Source: a virus. Taken from it: a DNA stretch of 64,000 bases. The stretch is taken from IMG/VR virus record IMGVR_UViG_3300035670_000159, positions 7,182 through 71,181 of that record. One strand, 5' to 3'. Every line of letters begins with the position of its first letter. The stretch's first letter is position 1. A program made the position numbers and the translations under genes. Positions 55,173 to 64,000 of the stretch are shown here, piece by piece. The notes beneath the pieces were generated by a model. The model worked only from the letters and a program-made list of their open reading frames with translations. It was not told where the DNA came from and did not search any database.

Positions 55173-55580
55173 TTAATTCTCGTACACATCTACAGTTAGT
55201 GGAATAAGTACTGGAACAATAACTCTGTCGCCAGCAACGGTTGCACCGGCAATTTGAGGAGTCCGTAGAATAATCATACGAACTCCATCCTCTACTAATG
55301 TAAGACCCTTATGAAACAAATCCCGAAGAGCCTGTGCTCTAGTAATTGCTCCAGTAGTTCCTACATCTAACTTATCAGCTACAAAAATCTGAACTTGAAT
55401 ATTCTCTCTGTGATAATAATTACCAAAGGTAGGATCAGTTGGAGGATTGACAACAAACTGCAATCTCTGGTACATTCCTGTAGGCGCTGTAAAAGGAGTT
55501 GCTTCAAGTGCCGTTGGTAGCTGCGGAGACAAAGTAAGAAGGTGACGCCTTACCGCTTTTTCAGCTTTAATAATTGACAT
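55173..55580 (-). CDS. tail terminator protein
   Basis: position; QIFV...GT...RAQALRDLFHKG. Confidence 0.75.
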   Translation of the reverse strand: MSIIKAEKAVRRHLLTLSPQLPTALEATPFTAPTGMYQRLQFVVNPPTDPTFGNYYHRENIQVQIFVADKLDVGTTGAITRAQALRDLFHKGLTLVEDGVRMIILRTPQIAGATVAGDRVIVPVLIPLTVDVYEN

Positions 55581-55582
55581 TC

Positions 55583-56065
55583 TTATCCTTCTTTATACAA
55601 TCTAGGTAAATCAACTTTGTATGTCTGCATAATACTGTCCAAAGTGGGTTGCATAATACCTAAGTTGTTTGTTTGTTTACTTGAATTATTCTCTAGCAAT
55701 CTAATATAATAACCAGTATTACCGATATACAAAGTATCACCAAGTTTATAACTACCTAGATCAGCTTTGATTAAATTCAGGGCTTCACCAGCAGAATAAA
55801 CCTGTTGAATACTGAATTGTCCAGTTTCGTTTACTTGCCACGAACCGCGTGCCCATCCAGCTTCAGGCTTTAGACCACTACCATCTGTAAGACGCCTTTG
55901 GTATAGGTCGAAGTATTCTTCAGCATCACCTAAAGGAGTATTCTCAATAGCAGTCTTTGAGATGATGTAAGAAAACTCCCTTACCATGTGTGTAAGTTTG
56001 CGGACTGTCTCTTGATGATACGCTTTAAGCTCTTCTATTACTTTAGACACGTCCGCAGAAATCAT
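55583..56065 (-). CDS. HK97 gp10-like tail completion protein
   Basis: NTPLG...GWARGSWQ...IGN..YIRLLE. Confidence 0.75.
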   Translation of the reverse strand: MISADVSKVIEELKAYHQETVRKLTHMVREFSYIISKTAIENTPLGDAEEYFDLYQRRLTDGSGLKPEAGWARGSWQVNETGQFSIQQVYSAGEALNLIKADLGSYKLGDTLYIGNTGYYIRLLENNSSKQTNNLGIMQPTLDSIMQTYKVDLPRLYKEG

Positions 56066-56418
56066 TATCCTTTTACTCCGATTAGTTTGTAGAGGATAGT
56101 CTTTCCGTGAGCTGTAAAAGATTGAAAAGAGTTAATCCTATACACGTCTCCCAAATAGGTAATTTCGTCAGATGGTTTTGGTGTAAAGGAAAGACCCTCT
56201 GCTGCCATATAAAACTGCACAACTGACTTTCCAACAAGCGTAGGGAAGTTCCATTGATTGACTTGCAAAGGTTCTGGGTAGATTCTTAGAGTGACGCTCG
56301 TTATAACCTCTGTAACGGTACCTTCAATGGAATCTACGGTTCGGGTAATGGTTGAGTAAGGTAAATCCATTCCGTGACGTTGTAGAGCCCTTTTGGTTGA
56401 TCCTACGGCCCAATCCAT
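56065..56418 (-). CDS. head closure protein
   Basis: position; TPKPSDEI..GDVYRI. Confidence 0.65.
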   Translation of the reverse strand: MDWAVGSTKRALQRHGMDLPYSTITRTVDSIEGTVTEVITSVTLRIYPEPLQVNQWNFPTLVGKSVVQFYMAAEGLSFTPKPSDEITYLGDVYRINSFQSFTAHGKTILYKLIGVKG

Positions 56419-56843
56419 TAGAATCTCCAACCTAGTGTGAAAGGTCCGGTTTGATACAGAGGGTCAGTCTTACCGGGATTCTCTACGATGTTGTTATCTG
56501 GATTGGCTGCGTTTGCTTCCATGTCCGAGATAGAGACACCGCCAAAGTATCCTTGTAAGTTATTATACAGGGGGTTTAACTGAGGATTCTTAATGTACAG
56601 CTCAAGAGCAAGACGATATTGTTCAGCGGCCTTTGACCCGCGTACCGAAAAGATGCTTACAGTTTCATCTGTTTGTTGTGAGAGCTTCAGAAGAATAATT
56701 CTTGCTGCGTCTACTGATGCTCTAATAATAGAGTTATTATTCTTTTCAAGCAGATAGGTATATTCATCATCTACCAGCAGTGGAAAGCCGGGGTCTAAAT
56801 CGGCTACTTCAATTCGTACTTTTTGAATGTCTGTGTAAGCCAC
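56418..56843 (-). CDS. head-tail adaptor protein
   Basis: VRIEVAD...LLVDDEYTYLL; first neck gene. Confidence 0.7.
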   Translation of the reverse strand: MAYTDIQKVRIEVADLDPGFPLLVDDEYTYLLEKNNNSIIRASVDAARIILLKLSQQTDETVSIFSVRGSKAAEQYRLALELYIKNPQLNPLYNNLQGYFGGVSISDMEANAANPDNNIVENPGKTDPLYQTGPFTLGWRF

Positions 56844-56927
56844 TTCGACTCCTTTGTTGTTATAGTTCTTTCAAAAGCCCCTAGTTTTACAAAGAGTTTT
56901 GAGAGAAGGAGGCGAAGCCTCCGTTCT

Positions 56928-57743
56928 TTATTTGCCATGCCTCAAGGTATATCCAGCACCCTCTTCATTTAATAGTCTGATTTGCTCATTGCGCCAGTTA
57001 CAGGCTTGGATAAAGGCTTCATCATTTCCTAGTTTTGAAATGGAGAAATATTTATTGATTAGTTTTCCTTGTGAATTACAGTACTGTGCTCGCCAATAAG
57101 TGCAAGCAGTATTTTTAGATGTTTGTAACCCTACCCCAGTAACACCACTACTATTATTACTTAACTTTTGTGTGTTCTTAGTGTTCTCAGCTTGAGTAAT
57201 CATCCTAAGATTTGCGATGTTGTTATTTAAAGGGTCGCCGTCAAGGTGGTCTATTACAAAACCATCGGGAATTTGGCCATAAAACAACTGCCAAATGATT
57301 CTATGCACACTTACGTTTCTGTTTTTAAATTTAATTGCCCAGTAACGATCCCCATTTGATCGGGTCGCCCGAGTTCCACAATATCCAAGTTTCCCATGTC
57401 GAGAACCATTGCCTCCCAAAACTCCAAGAATTCTTGTCAGTCCGCTTGGGGAGTTTTGGTCATACTTAAAATACTCTGAAAAATCCTCAAATTTAATAGG
57501 GACGAGTGTGATTTTATTTACCAAATCACTAAGGGATGTTATTAAACTATCCTCGATCTTTAACGCATCTTTTTCAGACAGATTTTCGCAATATATTTCA
57601 GTTGTATAACCTTTACTTGATAACTCGTGCCAGCTTTTACTCCTGTGCGACTTATCCCATGCTCTTTTACATCGTCCTTTTCCAACATAAAACACCCTGC
57701 CATCTAGTGTCTTATGCAAATAAACATAATAGTCGTTTTTCAT
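56928..57743 (-). CDS. GIY-YIG-HNH-AP2 fusion endonuclease
   Basis: YYVYLH...FYVGKG...RA...KIE...LVN then VHRIIW...IDHLDGDPLNNNIANL...N, NSSGVTGV. Confidence 0.88.
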   Translation of the reverse strand: MKNDYYVYLHKTLDGRVFYVGKGRCKRAWDKSHRSKSWHELSSKGYTTEIYCENLSEKDALKIEDSLITSLSDLVNKITLVPIKFEDFSEYFKYDQNSPSGLTRILGVLGGNGSRHGKLGYCGTRATRSNGDRYWAIKFKNRNVSVHRIIWQLFYGQIPDGFVIDHLDGDPLNNNIANLRMITQAENTKNTQKLSNNSSGVTGVGLQTSKNTACTYWRAQYCNSQGKLINKYFSISKLGNDEAFIQACNWRNEQIRLLNEEGAGYTLRHGK

Positions 57744-57783
57744 TTTATTATTCCTCATCAAGAAATACATCACAATAAAAACA

Positions 57784-57832
57784 ATAGACAGGACGGTGAT
57801 GAGTCGTCTTTTCGGGGATCAACCTAGTCTAT
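57784..57832 (-). ncRNA. candidate structured leader RNA upstream of the double nuclease
   Basis: ATAGAC-T-AGG/CCT-GTCTAT stem; internal CTCATCA complementary to TGATGAG at the RBS. Confidence 0.5.
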
Positions 57833-57886
57833 GCTATCTAGAATTAACTTTATTACAACCATCTGAAGTTATCAAAAGGTTCTAAT

Positions 57887-57906
57887 AAAAGGACTCCGAA
57901 GAGTCC
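57887..57906 (-). terminator. intrinsic terminator after major capsid gene
   Basis: GGACTC-TTCG-GAGTCC-TTTT. Confidence 0.85.
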
Positions 57907-57918
57907 GATTATTTAGGC

Positions 57919-58950
57919 TTACAGAGCAGCCTTGGAACCGCCACTGACAAAAGACGGACGACGCATGACGTTAATCATGTTCATCTCAGCTTCTAGGGTA
58001 ACTTGAGTTCCGCGTGGGTCTTCAAAGGTCCACAGGTAAGTCCGTTCGGCTACAGTGTTGACGTAATTGAAGCGGTTAGGTGGGCCGTAGTAGGTCATGA
58101 AGGCACCGTCGCCGTCATCAGCGATAAACACGCATTTATCGGTATCAACCAGAGGAGTACCGTCGATGCTTTGAGTTACTTCAATCCACTCGATATTGCT
58201 AAAGGTGAAGCGACGATACAGAGCCATGCCACCTGCGCGATCACGCGAGATTTGCTGAGGTGCAGCCACTGCATACAGGTTGTAAGCAGCTTGAACCTTC
58301 GGATGAGCAATGAAAGCAGAGAAGAAACCGGGAGAGCAATATGCTACCACACGTTGAATTTCTTGACCTTCGGTAGCTTGCGATTGGAAGTTAGAAATAA
58401 CTTGCTGGCACTTGTCGATAATGTCAGTCGTAGCCGTAGCCAGATCGAAATTAACGTTTTGGCGAGTAATGCCGAAATCCGTATAGAAGTTGCCTGCAAT
58501 AGTACCGTTTGGTGCCCAGATATCACCGTTAGCAACAGTACGGAAACGTGCAAAGTTAATAGTACGGTCGTAGGACTTACGAATACGTTCCATCTTCACC
58601 ATCAGGGCACGATCCTTGCTATCCAGTTCAGGAGACAGAGCACCAGGACGCAGCACGGTAGCAATGTCTTGAGGAAGCAGGGCGTCCATGAAAGGGTGAT
58701 GCGACATTGGGTAGCTGTGCAGCTTACGCAGGTCGTTACCAGTGGTTTGAGGAGCAGCGCCAGGAACTTGATCCTTGACGATAAAGAGGTGACCTCCACG
58801 CTCTTCAAAAGTAACAGTACGGGTCGCGAGGAATTCCTCGTTCCACATGCCGGAATCATTCATAAGGGTCCAGTTTTGGGGTAGTACCAGAATCTCGTTA
58901 GTACGGTCTACTACCTCGAAATTACTTGTTGGGGAGTTATACAGAGCCAT
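57919..58950 (-). CDS. major capsid protein (lambda gpE-like)
   Basis: 343 aa after decoration gene; NFYTDFGI, YYGP, RRP C-terminus; followed by terminator. Confidence 0.9.
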   Translation of the reverse strand: MALYNSPTSNFEVVDRTNEILVLPQNWTLMNDSGMWNEEFLATRTVTFEERGGHLFIVKDQVPGAAPQTTGNDLRKLHSYPMSHHPFMDALLPQDIATVLRPGALSPELDSKDRALMVKMERIRKSYDRTINFARFRTVANGDIWAPNGTIAGNFYTDFGITRQNVNFDLATATTDIIDKCQQVISNFQSQATEGQEIQRVVAYCSPGFFSAFIAHPKVQAAYNLYAVAAPQQISRDRAGGMALYRRFTFSNIEWIEVTQSIDGTPLVDTDKCVFIADDGDGAFMTYYGPPNRFNYVNTVAERTYLWTFEDPRGTQVTLEAEMNMINVMRRPSFVSGGSKAAL

Positions 58951-58981
58951 TTTTAATCCTTATATTTATTATTCGTTAACC

Positions 58982-59377
58982 TTAGATCGTATCCAGGCAC
59001 TGAATACCGAGGTCTTCCAGCGATGCGTATACAGCAGCCTTTTCAGCGGCGGTGTCATATGTAGCATCCAGAACCAAACCATTCTTGCTCACGCCCATTG
59101 GGCCACGGAAGTAAACCAGAACTTGCGTATCGGTAGTACCAGCAATGGTCTTAGCAGCAGCAACGATAGCAGCAGCTACAGCAGAGCCATCAACAGCAGT
59201 CTGAACCGCACGCTTGAACTTGCCATCAGCAGTTACCTTGCCAAGAACTGTCCCAATTGCCAGAGTACCGGCGGTATCATTAACCGTCACCAGCTTCTTG
59301 CAGTAAGCATAGTCAGCACCATATTCGTGCTTGACAACGTTAGAAATCGTGTGAAGCGAAGTAGAAATTACACTCAT
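58982..59377 (-). CDS. head decoration protein (gpD-like)
   Basis: IGTVLGKVTADGKF...DGSAVAAAIV. Confidence 0.85.
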   Translation of the reverse strand: MSVISTSLHTISNVVKHEYGADYAYCKKLVTVNDTAGTLAIGTVLGKVTADGKFKRAVQTAVDGSAVAAAIVAAAKTIAGTTDTQVLVYFRGPMGVSKNGLVLDATYDTAAEKAAVYASLEDLGIQCLDTI

Positions 59378-59393
59378 CTTATTCTCCTAATTA

Positions 59394-60335
59394 TTATTGT
59401 TTTGCTTGATGACGAGCCTTCAGAGCCTTCATCAGTTTGGTTTCACCGGGCTTGTCTTCAGCAGCTTCAGCACTCACGCCTTGTTCTTGGAACAGGCCGG
59501 ACTTTTCCAGCAGATCATTCATGCTCTTGAACACAGCAATCAGTGCATCAAAATCAGCTTGGTCTTCCAGTGCCAGAGCAGCCTTCACAACCACAGCAGC
59601 TTGCTTTTCGTCCTTAACCACAGCCTTGACAGCTTCAGTCTTTGACTTTACAATTGCTTCTTTCTTTTCTTGCTCAATCTTGTTGAGTTGTTCCAGAGCC
59701 TTTGCCAGTTCGACCTTTTGATCTTCAAGCTGCTTCTGCACTTCAACAAACTTAGCCTTTTCAACCATTTCTGGTGTAGCCATTTGCTTTTCCTTTTTCT
59801 TATTTACACGAGAGGCAGATGCCTCAACTTTTGTATTCTCAACGTTGGTTGAGGTATCCGACTTTTCATCGAATGCTTTGATGGCTTTCTCAATCTGAAC
59901 TTGGTCAGAGAGAACGTCCAAATAGTCTTGTTCTGTCAGTTGTGCGAGGGCGTCTGGAAGATTTTCAGCTTCATGCAGAGATTTAATAATACTGAAGGAA
60001 GTAAAACGATCTTCTACCCAACTGTTGTAATCATCACGAGCCTCTGCTGCTTCGTCTTCAGGAGGTTCAACCCAACCCATGAGACGCGCAAGAAACTCTG
60101 CATCTTTGCCCCATACACAGAAGAACTTTTCAAGAAAATCTGGCAACTCCATGGTTACTTGAATTTCTTGCATCTTCTTGATAAACTCAGGAGAGAAGTT
60201 ATTTGCCTTAGCGATAAGAGTAGGAATGCCGTTAGCTGGACCGCCAACAGAGGGGCCTACTAGTGCAACCGCTGCACCTTCTTTAGCAAAGTCAAAACCC
60301 TTGAGCTTACGTTTTGCTTTTTGTTTATTTTCCAT
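59394..60335 (-). CDS. capsid scaffolding protein
   Basis: TAATG-coupled start MENKQK; charged coiled-coil C-terminus. Confidence 0.7.
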   Translation of the reverse strand: MENKQKAKRKLKGFDFAKEGAAVALVGPSVGGPANGIPTLIAKANNFSPEFIKKMQEIQVTMELPDFLEKFFCVWGKDAEFLARLMGWVEPPEDEAAEARDDYNSWVEDRFTSFSIIKSLHEAENLPDALAQLTEQDYLDVLSDQVQIEKAIKAFDEKSDTSTNVENTKVEASASRVNKKKEKQMATPEMVEKAKFVEVQKQLEDQKVELAKALEQLNKIEQEKKEAIVKSKTEAVKAVVKDEKQAAVVVKAALALEDQADFDALIAVFKSMNDLLEKSGLFQEQGVSAEAAEDKPGETKLMKALKARHQAKQ

Positions 60336-60946
60336 TATGTCTCCATAGGTTGTTCGTAAGCATCGCATTGGATTGACAATCCGTTAAACGTGCCATCCTT
60401 AATGCCTTCCCAAATCCAATCATATTGCTCGGAGTCCTCTACTTCGATAGTAGCAACCCAACTTCCTTTCTTCACTTTAGTTTCACCGATAGTGGCTTCA
60501 CTAGGAAGAATGTAAGATTCAATAAATTGAAAACCATTGGTGTCAATCAGATGAAGCAAATTAGCTTTGCGACAATGCTTGTTAAAGGAGTAACATCCTT
60601 CAGCAATATCTTCTTCTGAATACCAATCTCCATGAAGGTCTGTAGTAGTGCCGTCTTCTGGTTGAGGTTCAAGAACTACAAAAGTAGCTCGTCGCTTTTC
60701 CATGTCCAAAGACTTAGCAATTGGCTTCTTTTTACTAGATTTCTCCACCATTGCTGCATCATCAGACTTTTCAAGTTCTGCTTGGACGTACCATTTATGA
60801 ACTTCGTCCATGTCGTCAAACTTGATAGCCAGTGCTGGGGTAGAAATTTCTACAATACTTCCAGACATTTCCATGACCATATCGTCATGTTCTTTACCAG
60901 CTTTTACTTTGACCCTATCTCCTACAACAAATTCAGTATTCTTCAT
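60335..60946 (-). CDS. XkdF-like prohead serine protease
   Basis: DLHGD, NLLH, IESYI, KGSW, WEGIKDGTFNGLSI. Confidence 0.85.
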   Translation of the reverse strand: MKNTEFVVGDRVKVKAGKEHDDMVMEMSGSIVEISTPALAIKFDDMDEVHKWYVQAELEKSDDAAMVEKSSKKKPIAKSLDMEKRRATFVVLEPQPEDGTTTDLHGDWYSEEDIAEGCYSFNKHCRKANLLHLIDTNGFQFIESYILPSEATIGETKVKKGSWVATIEVEDSEQYDWIWEGIKDGTFNGLSIQCDAYEQPMET

Positions 60947-60993
60947 TTAGTCATCCATTTTCTTTCTTATAATTCTAGACAACAGATAAATCA

Positions 60994-61022
60994 ATTATAT
61001 CATACTTTTGTAATAATTACAA
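60994..61022 (-). promoter_or_regulatory. sigma70-type promoter for head genes
   Basis: TTGTAA-17-TATAAT with TG extension. Confidence 0.7.
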
Positions 61023-61076
61023 GTGAATTTTATGTCAAGTATAATATTGGATTATTGATTTATCTGTTTCTGTTTA

Positions 61077-62552
61077 TTAGGCTGCGTTCTCTGAATTCAT
61101 TGAAGAAGTGTCATTGGTAGCCGCAGAATTAGCTGTACCATTGAGGCCACCTGTCTCAGAGGCTAATCCGTCACCGCTGCGCGTAGTGGCATCGGGAAGA
61201 ATATCTTCAATTACAGTTCCTTCAGGAAGTTGGTCAATACCAAGACTATCCAGAACCGCATTAACAACTTCAAGACTCTTAGGAATATATCCAGTAGCAC
61301 CCATACGTTGTACAGCCTTAGAGAAGGTTTCCAAATCAGCAGGTTCAATGCCATCAAAGTCAAACGTACCCATACGGGATTCATCCCACCCGTTGAGTTG
61401 GTACGTCATTTTGATAAGATCGTTTTGAAGTACCTCTGCAATACTGGAAATTAGTCGTTCAGCGTATGCACCAGAGAGGCTGTTTTTAATAGCACCAAGA
61501 GCAAAAGAGCCTGTAGAAGTAGTCCCTTGGATCAAGATATCTGCAAAAAGACTGACAAAGATTAGGGTTTTGTAGTATTCCTTAATCTTGCTGATATCAA
61601 AATTCTTCTTACCGTCTACAGAAAGCAAGTCCAATTTGAACATCGGAGTCCGACTTTCGGCATCTATGACTTGGGGGAGAATCACAGCAGACTGTTCATT
61701 CATTTGCAGATTACGCATCACGTTCTCATAATACAAACGAATTGCTTGTACTTCTGGAGGTGCATCGGTTGCGAGGTATTGTGCTGGAAGGTATAGTACA
61801 GGCAGACCATTCAAGTCCTTAGCTACGCCTGTTGCTTCAAGTTCTTCAAGAGCAGTCAAGAATCTCCAAGCAAGATATGCATCACGTAAAGGAGACTTAC
61901 CGAAGGGATCACCACGATGCTTGCCAGTACGAAACAAGAGAAACTTGCTACGCGGGATATTAATCAGATTAGAACGCTTGCTAAAACGGTTATAGATATC
62001 ATTGATTGCAGAGAGATTCTGTTGAACACCAATGATTTCATTACCGTCTTCACTGAAGATGAACTTTGAGATACTTTCCTGCACACGGATAGGTAGCTTC
62101 TTCCAGCCAATGATGCCATCGTCGTAAAGGCTGCCGTTTGCCTTGTAACGCTTACGGAATACCTTTTCATGCACAGAGAATCCAAAGACATTAGAACTAA
62201 GAACATCCCGAATGAATTCAGACCAAGGTTGCTCCATGTCTTGCATCATTTGATTGATAATCTTAGCTTGTTCTTTTTCTTCTTCGGTGGCATCAGCAGG
62301 GGGCTTGTAAGTCCAAGTAGCTTTAGAGATAATGTTCTCAAAGAGAGTCAGAGGGGCATTCACTGCTGAGTGATAGCTCATGTCCCTGAATGTATTAATA
62401 CTTCTAGGCCAGTTCAACTCTGCTTTGAGTTCGTCTTGGGTTACACCTGAAAATGTACGTAGGCCGAGTGACCCCATCTCCCCAAGGCGAAACCGTTCAG
62501 GTTGATCCAAAGGACTTACAGCCTTTTCAATTGCTTTTTTTCTTGCAGCCAT
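61077..62552 (-). CDS. portal protein
   Basis: FGFSVHEKV, PFGKSPLRDAYLAW, GSFALG; between terL and protease. Confidence 0.9.
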   Translation of the reverse strand: MAARKKAIEKAVSPLDQPERFRLGEMGSLGLRTFSGVTQDELKAELNWPRSINTFRDMSYHSAVNAPLTLFENIISKATWTYKPPADATEEEKEQAKIINQMMQDMEQPWSEFIRDVLSSNVFGFSVHEKVFRKRYKANGSLYDDGIIGWKKLPIRVQESISKFIFSEDGNEIIGVQQNLSAINDIYNRFSKRSNLINIPRSKFLLFRTGKHRGDPFGKSPLRDAYLAWRFLTALEELEATGVAKDLNGLPVLYLPAQYLATDAPPEVQAIRLYYENVMRNLQMNEQSAVILPQVIDAESRTPMFKLDLLSVDGKKNFDISKIKEYYKTLIFVSLFADILIQGTTSTGSFALGAIKNSLSGAYAERLISSIAEVLQNDLIKMTYQLNGWDESRMGTFDFDGIEPADLETFSKAVQRMGATGYIPKSLEVVNAVLDSLGIDQLPEGTVIEDILPDATTRSGDGLASETGGLNGTANSAATNDTSSMNSENAA

Positions 62553-62568
62553 AAGGCTCCTTTATTTA

Positions 62569-63682
62569 TCATTTAATGTTGAAAGTAGGCAGAGTGAAGT
62601 TACCTTGGTTCTTACCGTAGGAGGTGTGGAAGGAGGGTAGGGGTTGGCCTGAGACTTGGATGTTGGGGAGGGTCATAATAGGTAACTCCTGTGGCCCCGA
62701 ATTCAACGCTTCGATGGCAAGCGATACTGCATCGCACATATCATCGTGACCATTATGCTTCTTACCATTGAACCTTTCGGCCTCTTCAAACCAATCATCA
62801 TTCCAGTCAGCTTCTACCACTCGTGAATAACCAGCTTCTGCAATTGCGGAGAAAGGAAGAAACCGCTGAAGCTTATTCTTCTGCGATTTAATAACCTTGC
62901 AGTAAACACCAAGTTCAGCAATTTTCTTGCGAAGATGATCCACATAAGCCAGTCCAGCACTTCCGGGGTCAACGTTCAATACAACAAAAGTCCCAGGAGG
63001 ATCATACTTTGCGTACTCTAAGATAAGTTCCTCTACTTTATGAGGTCTATCTCTTAATGACGCAATATCTTCAATTGTATAAAAACCGTCTTTTGTCTTC
63101 GATACTCTTACGCCTCTAGTCCAATCGGGCGACTGATTTGCCGTTGAGACTGGGGTGGAGGCAGTGTCCCAGCTTCTGCAAATCTTAGCTGGCTGGTATG
63201 GTGGAAACTTCACAATCTCACTAAAATGACGCTTATAATAGCCTGCTTCTTCTTCTCTGCAAAACCAAGAACCATCTAAAAAGATTTTCTTTTTGATAGG
63301 GGGTAATGCTAAAAGATTATAATAGTAGTCTGGATTATTTTTCATGAGCGGAATATTTTCCGTCACATGAGCACGAATACTACGGAAAGAACGAGGAATC
63401 CCTTCTCCATGAATAGCAACAGCTTCCTCCATAGTATCGTACCAAAGGAATTTACCATCTACCATCACATAATAACGTTCTATATTGGATCGTTCTGGAA
63501 TTGGAATACCTTCTTCATCAAGATAGAAGTCTTTAATAAGATTACCAATCGGGTGCCCGTACATGGGGTTAGTTGCCCAGTAGCAACGAGGTTTGTATCT
63601 CACCCTTGCGTTTCTTAGACGACTCATCAGAGGTAAAATTTGAGTGTTAAAGTCAAACAAGGTAGCTTCGTCAAAATAAATT
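62569..63682 (-). CDS. terL: terminase large subunit, 3' exon
   Basis: IYFDEAT Walker B, ATNP, SWDTAS, PDWT, HDDMCDA nuclease motifs. Confidence 0.92.
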
Positions 63683-63930
63683 CAGAATGTTCGTTATAGG
63701 TCGTTAATCTATAACCGCTTTTATGCAGCTTACTGTCACCAGTAAGATCAGATCATATCACCCTCCGAAACTGGAGGCTCTACCATTTCGCTGCACTTGC
63801 AGCTACGTCCGAAGACTGATCGTTAGGCTTTTATGCTTTCGCAATTTAGCACGGTAGGTTATCTTATTAAGATTTTCCCCGTTTAAGTAGAGTTTTCGAT
63901 GTGCATTACTACACAAAGCCGCAATTGTTT
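63683..63930 (-). ncRNA. ORF-less group I intron (IA-type), 248 nt
   Basis: P1 CCGU/GCGG with U-G, P3 CUCUAC/GUAGAG, P7 GAUCA/UGAUC, terminal G; removal restores the reading frame. Confidence 0.9.
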
Positions 63931-64000
63931 ACGGAATATTGAGCACCAAGATGACTATTCACATCAGAATCATACTGTAAATGCGAGAACTTTATCGTAG
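63931..64000 (-). CDS. terL: terminase large subunit, upstream exon (runs off window)
   Basis: TIKFSHLQYDSDVNSHLGAQYS joins in frame to (V)IYFDE. Confidence 0.85.

Noticed and set aside
58003-59530. Long + strand ORFs (293 aa and 227 aa)
   Set aside because: Antisense shadows of codon-biased capsid and decoration genes.
1-64000. Stop-codon reassignment or a lysogeny module
   Set aside because: Genes are intact in the standard code with all three stops used; no integrase or repressor was recognised in this window.

Overview
A 64-kb slice of an AT-rich, apparently lytic tailed phage (siphovirus-type morphogenesis genes; two-component spanins imply a Gram-negative host). Layout: (i) 1-10.4 kb, leftward small early genes ending in a stand-alone family-A-polymerase-like gene at the divergence point; (ii) 10.6-37 kb, rightward replication and nucleotide genes (primase-helicase, family-B DNA polymerase, SSB, exonuclease, endonuclease VII-like, two deaminases, MazG-like, DUF5664-like, Acb2, ThyX, NrdAB, thioredoxin) with tRNAs; (iii) 37-64 kb, leftward lysis, tail, head and packaging genes. 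Most notable: a tRNA gene whose anticodon loop is replaced by a whole HNH-nuclease gene with its own RBS and no room for a ribozyme (22845-23382); a small PolA/T7-RNAP-like polymerase alongside a primase lacking the canonical TOPRIM glutamate; an ORF-less group I intron splitting terL; a GIY-YIG/HNH double nuclease; RBS-pairing structured leaders; a duplicated four-gene tail-fibre module with a GC-rich swapped beta-propeller; and dispersed 10-11-bp-periodic DNA elements. All calls come from reading motifs by eye; no database searches or folding programs were run.
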